From NCBI GenBank assembly GCA_004022145.1, contig RCNU01000002.1: DNA of 64,000 bases; one strand, given 5' to 3'. The notes under the pieces were generated by a model. That model worked only from the letters and a program-made list of their open reading frames with translations, had not been told where the DNA came from and did not search any database. Source of the stretch: Paecilomyces variotii (lineage: Eukaryota). The position numbers were made by a program, and so were the translations under genes. Positions 25,259-36,749 of this stretch are shown here, in pieces (position 1 is the first letter of the stretch; every line of letters starts with the position of its first letter).

Positions 25259-27362
25259 TCACGGCTGGTAATGCTGCTGCCCATAAGACCCACTAGATGA
25301 TGGATCATACGATCTCTGCTGCTCTTGTTCCTCGTTTCCAGCGGTTGCGTGATCCTGCTGCGACATCTGCAGTGGTGGCGGTGGTGGGAGATCAAGATTC
25401 ATCCCTCCTCCCCACTGAGACTGTCTTGGCATAGTTTCATGCTGCATGAATGCCGATGGCTCCATGATGGACATCCGCTGAGAGTTGTACAATGTATCTG
25501 ATAGGTTCGCGGACCCAGTCTGCCAGCTACTGTGGTTGCTATGTTGCTGGGGTTGTGGTTGTGGTTGATTCGTTCCTCCAGAAGCTTGCTGGGAAGAAGA
25601 AGAAGTACTACTCCTTCCGTGGTGGATGAAGGGAGAGGGATCCATTGATGTGATTCGTTGGGTGGTGAAGATGGCGTCTGGTGATGAATTCATTACTCCT
25701 GAAGGCTGTTGAGTACTGCCGTGCTGGACGAAGGGAGAAGGATCCATTGAGTTGATCCGCTGGGGGTTGAAAATGGCATCCGTCGCGTTCTCAGGATGCC
25801 ATGGTCCAGCCTGTGGAGGGATATTGGTGTTGGTGCTTCCTGTGCGTGAGGCAGTCTGGCCTTGGACTATATGGGGGATGTGTCGGAACCAGGGGAATGG
25901 GTTTCGGGGTCGAGGTTGCGTTGTTGATGGTGGTTGTGGGTTGCTGCTAGATGCTGTTGGAGCTGGTAGGTCCCGGTAACTTGACGACGATGGGTCTTGG
26001 GCAGTGTTGTTGTATTGCTGGAGGGATTGAGGGGTCGGGGCATATTGATAGATATATTGCTGTTGGTCTGCTGTTCAAGATTGTTAGTCCTCTGCTTCGA
26101 TGGGGCTAACTGTAGTTAATACCTACTTTGTCTTTCCCCTGTCCCAGTCAGTGTAGGATTTAGTCCGTATAAAGCTGGCATCTGCATCGAATTCTTGGAG
26201 GTATAAATCAGTGATATGTATCTCCCTAAAATATGCACTGTCTAGTGGTGGTGCTTACTGTAGATGGAGGTGGTAGACGCATCTGCCCAGTGTTTTCAAT
26301 AGAACGGTCCATTCCAGACACGGACTGTTGCTGGAATGATGAATTGTGTGCCTTCCATCACGTATTAGTGATATGCATCCTAACTTACAATCAAATAACT
26401 AGAACCGTAGTATACTCACCGTCTGTGTCGCTGATGGCGGCGGAAGAGCAAAATCACCAGGGGTAGCGGGAAAAGGCACCCTAGAATACTGTCGTTGATA
26501 CTGCTCCGGAGCGATCGGTGCATGCGGCGCAGCATATGTATTTCCAAAGCTGCCGTATTGGCTATTAGCCACGGCTCTTAACCTATTCACCTCCGCATCC
26601 ATAGAACCAACGAGTCGCCAAAGTCGACTATTCTCTTCGACTAGCAACGGCGTTATTCCTCGTCTATATGTCCGTTTGGAGTTCTTATCGGTTAGCCAGC
26701 AGGGCACGCCGCGACCTTGGCAGTTCTTGCAATCTCCCGGTTCATCGTCACATCTCATCTTCTTCTCCTGTATTTTTTAAGAAAGGGATCTAATTAGCAA
26801 GGAGAAAGAGGACAGACGCATATACCGCAAGGTCTCAATATCAACTTACAGTACAACGATCACATGCCTGAGGACACCGTTCCGCATCCGTGAGCCTTTC
26901 ACGTACCCTCGCCGACCAATCTGGCGATGGGGCATCTTTAGGACGGCGAGGTTTCTTTTGCTTCTTACGTGCAGGCTCTCCACCACCGGATCCCTCTGTT
27001 ACAGCTGCCGAGGAAGCACTTGTTGGAAACGCAGGAGGCGCCGCTAAGGTTTGTCCGGGAGCTGTGAGAGGAGCTGTGAGACTTGGGATATTTGCGGTCG
27101 TTGTCTGCGATGATGTAGTTGTAGTTGGAGCAGTCCTGAGATCTTTTTAGTAAGTATATCTTATCAATGTCTCTTATCCCCCTGATATAACCCTATTCAT
27201 GGAGCATGGGAACATTAATCTTCTATCGATGGAGTGTACGCACCCTTGTTCTATATTCTCTTCTTGGCCCCCTTGGCTGAGTTGGTCGCTGTGACCATGG
27301 CCAGGGGAGCTCCCACTGCCATCTTCAGATTCAGTATCATCCCTTGTCCTCTTTCCGGTCAT
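25259..27362 (-). CDS. Zn(II)2Cys6 transcription factor with long Q/P/S-rich C-terminus
   Basis: Six exons read by eye (27362-27244, 27135-26850, 26767-26420, 26351-26259, 26193-26127, 26070-25259). Splicing reconstitutes CDRCT|EKKMRCDDEPGDCKNCQGRGVPC, preceded by basic RKKQKKPRRPK. Confidence 0.85.
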
Positions 27363-28727
27363 ATTCAGCGGAATGAAATCGTATATATAAGACCTTGAAA
27401 AGCAAACCACAGCAACAATCAATGAACGGGCAGTAATCGTCACTCCAAAAAGGAAATAACCGAGTCAACAGCACAATAGGGATGTTTGAAGGGAATCAAA
27501 ATATGAGAACGATGACTTTGCAGTTTCTATGCAGGAGAAGTGCCTCCTGGAATCCTGATTGATTTCGGACTCTATATAGATTGCATGGGAAACAGCGAGG
27601 AGTTCTCCTGATCGAACTGGACAGCTAAATACGGTTGGAAGCACAAAGCGTATGTCGATTGAGCTGGCCATATTGAAAGTCATTGTCTGTATGATAAGAC
27701 CTTTGTTTGGTTTAGTATAGGGGATATATCTGCGGTCTATGAGGAAGACATAAAGCGAAAGCCTGTATCTTTGTTATTATGATTAGACAAAGTTATCATT
27801 CAATAGTGGTGCTTTTTTGTTTGAATGTGCCCTCTTACCTTGAACTGTTTTGTCTCTTCAAACCAAGCAACAAAGCCTCTATTGCTCTCAGTGAGAAACA
27901 ATAGACCAGAGACTAGAATAAATCTCTCTTTGTTGGCATATGGTTCGTTTCTGTGGTCTAGAGGCGTTATGTCAGAGTAGCAATATGCTCTGTTCCTACC
28001 CCTTTGTGTAGCCCACAAAGGTTATTATCTGCAAGAAGTATTATTGGAGGTGACTCAATGAACTTGAAGACGCAAGTCTTTGGTAATGATTGTCTATATC
28101 GATCGAGTGAGTCCAAGTAGTATCCAATCCGAGAAGTGACGACTCTTCTGATCCTGAGATGAAGCTAGCCGCCATATGGCAAATCTAAGATAAGTTACAA
28201 ACCGAAGCCAGAAAAATGTTCATTGCATAGTTGCTTTCCCGCCACTGAAATGAAAGCCGAACCCTACCAGAATGGAGCGCCCGATGTCATCTGAGAACTC
28301 CCACACCTCAATTGGCCAAGGAACCGAACCAAAGCAGAATTGAGACAGAGCCAGTGTTGCTCAGGAATAGAAAATGATAAACAACGTCAAGAAAAGGGCC
28401 CATCGGATACCCGACTGAACCATGAGAAGTCATGAATCATTATACATCTCGACAAGGTGTGAAAACAGTTAAATATCAACGACAGGAACGACGGCAAATG
28501 TGCACGGTACAGAGGCTCTCCGGGGAATCATGCAGGAAACAAAAGGGAAAAAGAAATGTCCAGAAGGTATATGTCGAGGTATGGGTAGATCATGATGCCA
28601 GAAATATGTCACGATATTTTCAGGTTCGTAAATCAGATAAAAATCTTCAGCTCAGGGGCATAGTGTGTCAAAGCAGTAATTGTCAGGATTTTGTGAGGGG
28701 GTCAAAGAGTAGGGTTTTCGACTAATA

Positions 28728-31566
28728 TTATCGGAAGTTCTTGCCGTTTTGAGCAACCGTTTGAAAGTGTATTCTGTTTCTGTACTTCAGAGGACCACCA
28801 CGCTCCAGCCAAGGCGTGAGATTCTTGCACTGGCTGACATCGAATGTTTCCAGTTGGTTACAACCTTCAGCGACGGCTTCGACTCCCACGCCTGTGACAC
28901 GCACGCAGCCACGTACCGAAAGCTCCCGAAGAGACAGTAGATGGAGGCCAATACTGCGCAGAGACGGATCCGACACAGCGGAGCCGCAGAATGACATGTT
29001 GAGGTATGTCAATTGAGAGCATTGCAGGGCAAGGACCTCGGTTGCGGTGTCTGATAACGCGCAGCAAAACGACTACGGGCCCCCGTTAGCTATTTGAATA
29101 AGCCCCTCAAAAGACGGAGAACTAGTTGGTACTTACCAGATCCAGTTCACGTAACTGCTTAGCTGCGTTTGTCAGGTAGACTATGGCATTATCCGTCAGA
29201 TAAGTACAGTCAGCCAGACAAAGTCTCCGCAGCCTTGTAAATTGGGCATTGCCCCAATATTGGAAACCTTGATCTGTGATAGTCGTACAACGTGTCAAGT
29301 CGACTTCTTCGATACGAGGTGCAGCGTGAGAAGCAATATGATGCATTGAGCGGTCAGTGACATGTTTGCAGTAAGACAAGGTTAACTTCCTCAGCTGAGG
29401 ACAGCCGAAGACGACGCCAGCAGGAGTCTGCATTGTTGGCTTGATGATCGCCTTCGAAGCCTGAGCGTTCATAGTCTGTTGGGCGAACGTTGCAGCTGGT
29501 ACGACCCATCCTACGATGCGAGCTAAAAGAGTATCGCTGACTTTTCTGCAGTTGCTCAAGTCCACTTCCTGGAGCCCTGTTGCTTTCCCAGCCATGTCAA
29601 GGATCGCAGAAGCAGTAACATCCCAAACGCTTTTCATCTTCCAGGCTTTAACATTGACACCGCATGCAGTCGCTAGTGCGCTAAATCCCTCGTCTGTCAC
29701 GTGGAAACAGTTGCTGAGATCGACATATTGAGGCCGCTCGCCGACGAACGGACAAATGATGGTGATGAGGATTTCATCCGTGACCTTTCTGCTATACATG
29801 CTAAGGTCCAGATATCGAAGGAGATGAGGAGACTTTGTCACAATCTCCATCCAGCGGCCGCAAACGGCTCGAAGACGAAGAAGGTGATGAAGGTCAAGAT
29901 GCTGAAAGACCCTTACTAGAATACTCTCTGGGAGGATCCCTTGGTCATTCGAGCGCTGCTGGCTTTTTTCTCGCTTCGCATTGCTGGTAACATCGAAAAT
30001 GGGGAGGTGAGTCGAACTGGCCGATCGCGAATCGCTTGGTGATGATTGTCGATGGTATTCCCCTGAGGCTTCCTCAGGGGTGAGCGGCGCAACCGAACCC
30101 CGACGAGATCTCAGTCGTACGTTGTCCAACCCGACGTTCAAAAATGGGTCAGGGTCTGATGGCTTCAAGACAGGACGGTCCTCTATCCGAGAAGGCTTAG
30201 ACGGACTTTCCAGCTCCGTTTCCGTCAGCGTCACCAGAGGCATAGACTGCCTTCGAGAAGCCGCAAGTTTGATTTTATCATCTAGAGCAAGCTCGTTGAT
30301 TGGTGGTGTTTGGTCGACTGTATCAGACATGACAACGTCTCCGTCAGATGCTGATACCAGTCTCTCCTTAGCAGTACGCTCGACTTGTCGCCGGACATCA
30401 TGGGGGCATCTCTTCCAGAATTCTGCCAACACGTCTCCGCTTATCATAAGGCACTCAACCGCAGTTACCGAACGTACAGTGGCTGTTCTGCGGGGTGCTA
30501 GCGACAGACTCACGACCTCCCCAAAGTACTGGCCCTGTCTCAGGCGAGCTTTAACTTCCATACCTTTGTTCGTAAGTTGTTTCTGCCCGTTACGTGGATG
30601 ACTGTTGTCAGACTTCTCATTGATGACTTCTACTTCACCACGGACAATGAAGTAGATCTCTCTACCTTGCGAGTCTTGCTTAATGATATCTGCGAAAGGG
30701 GGGTACGAGCGGGGTTGCGCGTTAAGGCCCAGGAAATGGAGTAAATCGGGAGGTAACCCTGAGAACAGCGGAAGCTCCTTCAGCAGTAGCCGGACATTCA
30801 CCATGCCATTCGCCAAGGCACTTGCCGTTGATCCATCGGACAACCCTGGACTAGGAGATTTCCGCTTTTTATTTATGCTGTTGATGCTGAGATCCTCCTC
30901 GTCAGCGACAGACAAGTCTCCTGAGAAACTGTCTCGAACTCTTTTCGAGCCTCTTCGGTTGATCTCAAAGGCATCTGATGGAGGTGTGGATTGTTGCTTT
31001 TTCTTTTTCTCCAGTATTGTCAACCTTTCCTGGGCCTCGTCTCTGATGGCACGTTCTACCTCCGGGAATCGTGGGAGTATCTTCCTGAAATCCTCCTTGG
31101 TCAACACAACCAGAAGACAGCGCGTCCGGGCGATGATTGTTGCAGTCCGGGGACGATCCATCAAGACACCGATCTCCCCGAAGAACGCGCCTGGTTTGAG
31201 CTCTGCGTATACACTTTCGCAGTCCCGCGACGTCACTGCCACTGCACCCCTCACCAGCCAATACATGGCTTTAGCCTCATCGCCTTCTGTCAAGATGTAG
31301 TCGTTGGGAGAGTGCAACTGAGGGCGGAGATGCAATCCAACTTCGGCCAGGAAGGAGTTGGGAGTGGATTGGAATAGAGGAAAGGAACGTATTCGGTCGA
31401 CAAGGTCCAGGGGCATGCCCTGTATCTGGGAGGATGCCAGTGGTGATGGGCGCACCGGCCGGCTAGGATTCGTTTCGGAATTGAAGGAGCGAATTAGGGA
31501 AACCGTCTCTGACACCGGGGCAGCGGCCTTGGTAGACCCTGCGCCGGATCTGCCATGACGGCGCAT
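28728..31566 (-). CDS. Protein with two cyclic-nucleotide-binding domains, an F-box and leucine-rich repeats
   Basis: Exons 31566-29137 and 29072-28728; phosphate-binding cassettes FGEIGVLMDRPRTAT and FGEVVSLSLAPRRTAT; F-box LPESILVRVFQHLDLHHLLRLRAVCGRW; Cys-containing LRRs (LxLSxCxxVTD). Confidence 0.93.
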
Positions 31567-34380
31567 GATTATTGATTTGGTTCTCGGAGGAGAAATGTCA
31601 AGAGTAGATCTCTTGGTGCAGTTAGATCAGGCACATCGTCGCCCGGCTGAGAGCATTGGGTCAATGACGTCGATGGAAGAAGAAGAGTCACCGTAGGGCA
31701 GCACACATCGTCGAAGCCCAGTCGCAGCCAACTTTCCGCTGTCCGTCCAGAAAGCAGCCCGGGGAGACAATGGAGATGGGGTCTGATGTCGCTGCGACGG
31801 CGGTCTGCAGAATGTGGGACACAATCGATTCACAGCTGGGGGGAATTACCGGGCCGCAGACGGTGGAGGACGAGGACCACGAGCAGATGCCGACAGCAGC
31901 TTTGATAATAATACCGGAAACAGTTTCATGCGCGACTTGCGGTGGTAATGATGCAGGGAGAGAAAAGAGAAGATTCCTTGGGGCGATTCGACGTCGGTCC
32001 TGAGGCATGAACGATAGCTGGGTTGAAGCTTAAGCTCGTTGAGTCGACCAGAGGTGGGGGAGCAGCGCTGACGAAACGCCGGTCCACGGAGGGGCGGAAA
32101 ACGATGCTTGCGCTCTCGGTGCTAATCCCAAAGGTTGTGGAACAGCGCAAGTGATGGCCAGAACAATAATAACAATAATGATGATGATGATACCTGTGCT
32201 CGATCTGCTCTAGAGTACGCCTTTCTCGACCTTCTCGATTCGGTAATCTCGAAGCCAAGAGAACTAACCGGTCATGTGCGAGCTCAGCTAGGTACTGTCC
32301 TGTCCTGTCCTGTCCTGTATTAATATTATTATTTATCCGTCAGCTAAGTTATCGGAGAGACAAGAACGAGGCGCACGGGAGGTTAATCTGGTGGAGCATT
32401 CCGCCTTCTCCAGATCCAGAGCACGATCAAGTCAAGTCAAGTCAAGTCATGGGTCATCACTGGTCGAGTTACAAGGCGAGCTGAACTTCTGAGGCATCAG
32501 CAGCTTCCCGTGCGCACCGGTTCGTTGTCTGTTCCGTGCGTCGATCGAAGTCTCAACGGTTCTCCAGTTGAACTCGTTTCTGACCGCTCTTACTGTCACT
32601 TCGACTTTGACTCCACACAATTGACGGCTGTCGCGGGGCCGTGCAGGGTCCACCGGAGGCCAAAGTCCACGGCGGCAACTTCAGGTTGTACCGTTGTAGT
32701 AGTGATAGAGCTTCGCTTCACTCTAGAACCGGTATTTCACTGGAGGGAACAAGCACTAGCAACGATTCACACCTGAGATATAGTAGTCTCGCCTGTGTTC
32801 ATATCACCATTTGGAAACATTGCAGGTAGAATAATCCGGCGAAACTCAATATAAAGCAAGGTCGACCGCGCCAGGCCGAAGAACCACCTAGTTAGCAGTC
32901 CAGCGTGAACGCTAGACTAAGATATCGGACGAATTGGTGGATATCCGTTCCCTGAAAAGGACCAAAGCGAAGTCCAGGAAATAATAGTAGTTACAAATGC
33001 ATTGGACGTCTACGAAGGACTCCTAGTCGAAGACTAGAGTAAGTCTGGCACGTGTAGACGTCTTGCGCTTAGAAGCTATTCCGCTGCGAATAACTACCTA
33101 GGTAACTATCATCTCCTCGATGACCAAGGCAACACGCCAGAGAACAGAGCGTATCTCCATCTTCACGTGGTTCTTACTTACTAGAAACCTCCAGGCTCAA
33201 AAAATAGAGGTATTGGAAGCAATTGATAACGGAAATGGCTGGGCAGAGTAACTACCAGGATAATGACATGGCATTGAGATCTATGACACTGGATCGTATG
33301 TGGCCTCTCCTAGAAATAGTTACAGGGTCCGAGAACCTACTGCATGGCATCGGTCTGGGCAGTGCCACAACCCGAACCCTCGCAGGGGGCTGGTTCAGCA
33401 TACTTAACATCCCAGCCCTTGAAAAGCCAAGATGACGTGAGCTGTACCGGAATATTCAATAATGCTGCAGAACCTAACGACTCTCGTCGGCCTGGATAAC
33501 TGGGCTCTTTTAGAGTAATGAATCTAAGCGCCTCTCGAATCTCGTCAGCTCGCATCCGCGATTCCGGTTCGTATCTAGTATTGGCTGCTTTCCATCCAGT
33601 ACGAGTAGGAACAGAAATATGGCATGCGATGTATCAGAAATGAAACCTTTTCAAAATCTTCATTTTTGTTTTCTTTTTCTTTTTCTTTTTCTCCTTTCAG
33701 CTGTAGCGGACCCCAAAACCACCACGAAACCTATTACTGTAAAGAAAAATCCTCCGTTAAAGTTCGGAGTTAACAAAAATAGACGTAAACAAATACTGCG
33801 TTACAAGCCAGGAAAAAATTTGCAGGTTTCATATCTATTCAAGCAATTTGCCGGCCACTATTATACTCTCTTCTTGCGACTTGTATGAGCTCTGCAGGGG
33901 AAAAATGATTCATCAATCAGTTAAGGCAGTAGATTCCACATATACTGAGAAGGCTACCGATGTACTGTCCTTCCAAAGTCCTCCTATTTCTAGGCGGTTT
34001 CGCATAACTCGCGTGAGTATCAAGGACTCATTTCGGAGGTAACAGTCCACATGGCTCGAGCCTGCGTACACCTTTCGGGCGCTTCCGGTGTCCGTGGATT
34101 GCTAAACTCTGGGGTATCAATAATGACAGAAGAGACGATAGGTACCGAAGAGAGGAGTGCGCTGTGTTTCGTGACTCTCCTAGAGTCTCAGGCGGGTCGC
34201 AGCTAGCGTGGCAAGTCGATGTGCTCCTCACTTTATGGAGACAGCAATCGAGCTGCATCCGTCCATCCATAAAAGCCCTCAGAGGGCTTAACGGAGAAGT
34301 AGACGTAAGCCAATGTACGTTTACCAGAACATGGCTCTGGGTGTCAAGTGCGCCGCACTAACTGTGCTGGCAGTATGGCC

Positions 34381-35076
34381 TCATAGAACGGTGTCGCTTT
34401 CGGGCCGAGACTGCTTTTTGCCGAGTATGAAATTAACATATGCCGGGCGGTTTCCTTTCATGGATTCAAGCATATCTTGCATCAGACCGTACGCAAGACT
34501 CAATTTCAAACCGAGTTTCGTCGTACGTGCGGCGGTGTAAACGTCGTGACGAGCTGGAAACACCGTTCAGTCAGTTCGCATGCTAACAAATGGACATATG
34601 GAAGTAATGGTGGACCGACCTAATAAACTGTAAATCCCAGAGAAAGACAATCCGGCCGTAACGGTCGACAGGAAGTCCCTGCGATCATGACGTGCATAAT
34701 CCACTGTCTCTTCGAATAGACAGAACGCCATAGCTCCCGCGCCGAGCTTGAATCCCAATTTCATACCATCCTTAACACCACCAACTATGGACTTGTAGTT
34801 CTTGCTCTTGTGATACAGGAACCATCCTGTCGACGTCGTAGGGAACCGATGCGCGTTCTCGGCTCGAAACTGGAAAGCGGCCTTTTTACTGCCGTGGGAA
34901 GCACCAATTGCCATTCCCACGCCGAAGGCAGAGGCGGTCGTATAAGGTAAACGGTCTTTGATTTCAATTCCAAGTCGAGGAGGTGTATCCGAATCAAATA
35001 GCTTGTACCAGTGTATGATCTTGAACAATGCCGAGTTCTCGTCGGTCTGCGGCGGCTCAGCCTGCAGCGTCGCCAT
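34381..35076 (-). CDS. Tim17/Tim22/Tim23-family-like mitochondrial membrane protein
   Basis: Exons 35076-34620 and 34553-34381; FRAENAHRFPT...GW.LYHKSKNY motif and Gly-rich TM segments. Family assignment is from memory. Confidence 0.75.
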
Positions 35077-35361
35077 GTTGAAGACGAGTTTGCGTTCCTT
35101 CCGATGTTCTTGACTCCTGCTCTCCGAACTGCAATTCGTCGCTTCTTTCTCTTTCAAGAGGAAATAGGAATAGGTTCTAGGCAAGTCTCTTTGGCCTGAA
35201 GCTCCGCATGTTCTGAATCGGAGACTGTGCGGGTAACGACCAAGCTTTCTGAAAGGTTGTCGGCGGAACGCGACCCCAATTCTCCGATCTCATCTCCGTG
35301 TCAAGACTTCCCCGCCAGAGCGCAAATCCGCAGCGGGCAGATTTGAACTCTACCCTACAAT

Positions 35362-35897
35362 ATGGTAAGATCATCACTATTTCCGCCCCTATATCTACAT
35401 CTGCATGGATATAACTGACCGGACGAAAGGCGAAACCAAGTCCTCTCAGCTGGACATTACTGTTCAGAAAGCACAAGACAACTGTGCTGCTCATGCTACC
35501 GCCGAACGAAACTATTACGTCGGCGAAAACTGAGCTCCTCAAAGCTCTCAACTCGCGTGGGCTAAAGGAAATTAACGGTGACTCCGTTCCTGAAGATCCG
35601 TCTGAGATCGAATTCGGAGTACCCGTGGACAAAAATGAACTTGAGAAAGGCTGGACGAGACTGGATGTCGAAGTACCAGGACTAGCAGAAAGCGGCACCA
35701 AGAAAAAGAAAAAGAACGGAGGGGAGGTTACCCTACAAGGAGCAGATATCAAAGATGGACAGTCTATTGCGTTCAGATTCCGCAAACCTTCTACAGAAGA
35801 TGCAGGGAAAGATCAGCTTGATCTAGACTTGGAGCTCGAGGATCCCAGCTGGGACGTCATCGTTCCTAGCCTCGATGATGAGGAGCCGGAGTCTTGA
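35362..35897 (+). CDS. Conserved hypothetical protein, possible ubiquitin-like fold
   Basis: Coding part of exon 1 is only ATG (35362-35364); intron GTAAGA..CTGAC..AAG (35365-35429); exon 2 is in frame (MAKPSPLSWTLLFRKHKTTVLL..IKDGQSIAFRFR). Confidence 0.75.
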
Positions 35898-36749
35898 AGG
35901 GAACAGACTGCAGTAAGAGATCCTATGGGTATGAGGCACTTCATGAGGGGTTCAATATCTGGTTTAGGTTGGCGTTCAATGAGGATTAACTACTGTGGAT
36001 ATGGCTGAGATAATCAACGTTTGCTATGAAAATGTTTGTATGATAGTAGAACAAAGCAAAATCAAGCATTATATTCATCCATTCCAGAGCAGACAAGTCA
36101 TTCGTTGTCGAGAATCACACATCGAAGGACACTAACAATGTCTTAAGAGGAACTTCCTCTGCTCAGGACCAGATCCCCATTATCGACTATATATTTCATA
36201 GCATCTTGCTTCTCGCTGAGGACCACCAGAGTAACGTCACAATCTCGCACGTAATTGTTCTGGAGAAAAAAAAAGAACTTAAAAATACGTCGACGCCATA
36301 TCTAATCGGCCCTTTTGTCAGGACCGCGGAGTATGTACTCTAATGATTGATATCGGTGTCTTAAGTGCGTGGCAGTTGTAAAGGTGTACTGATAGTTGCG
36401 GGAAACTAGTCAACCAACGCCTGTAACTTGTATTTCCACTGGGTTTTTGCGGTAGCCACGCACAACCACTCCACGTGCTGGGTTGCCCGGAGCAACCGGC
36501 GATGGAACAACATTCCATGCATCAACAAGCCACAATTGACAACTGGAGCGACCAAACAGCAGCTCTGAGGCTGGAAGGTCCACATCAACATTCCCCCCGA
36601 TCCAGCTTCTTTTGTGCTTCTTTCCCTCATTCTAGTGACGATATCTTCTTAGGTCGGGGACTATACGCCTGGTAGGGGGTTTCGATATCCGACTTCGACC
36701 CCTTATTGACCCTACCTGTCGCCAACGTTGAGCGCCGTGGAACTACATA

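Noticed and set aside
33785-33795. Forkhead-like GTAAACAAATA site
   Set aside because: A single site more than 2 kb from the nearest plausible start codon; chance occurrence is plausible.
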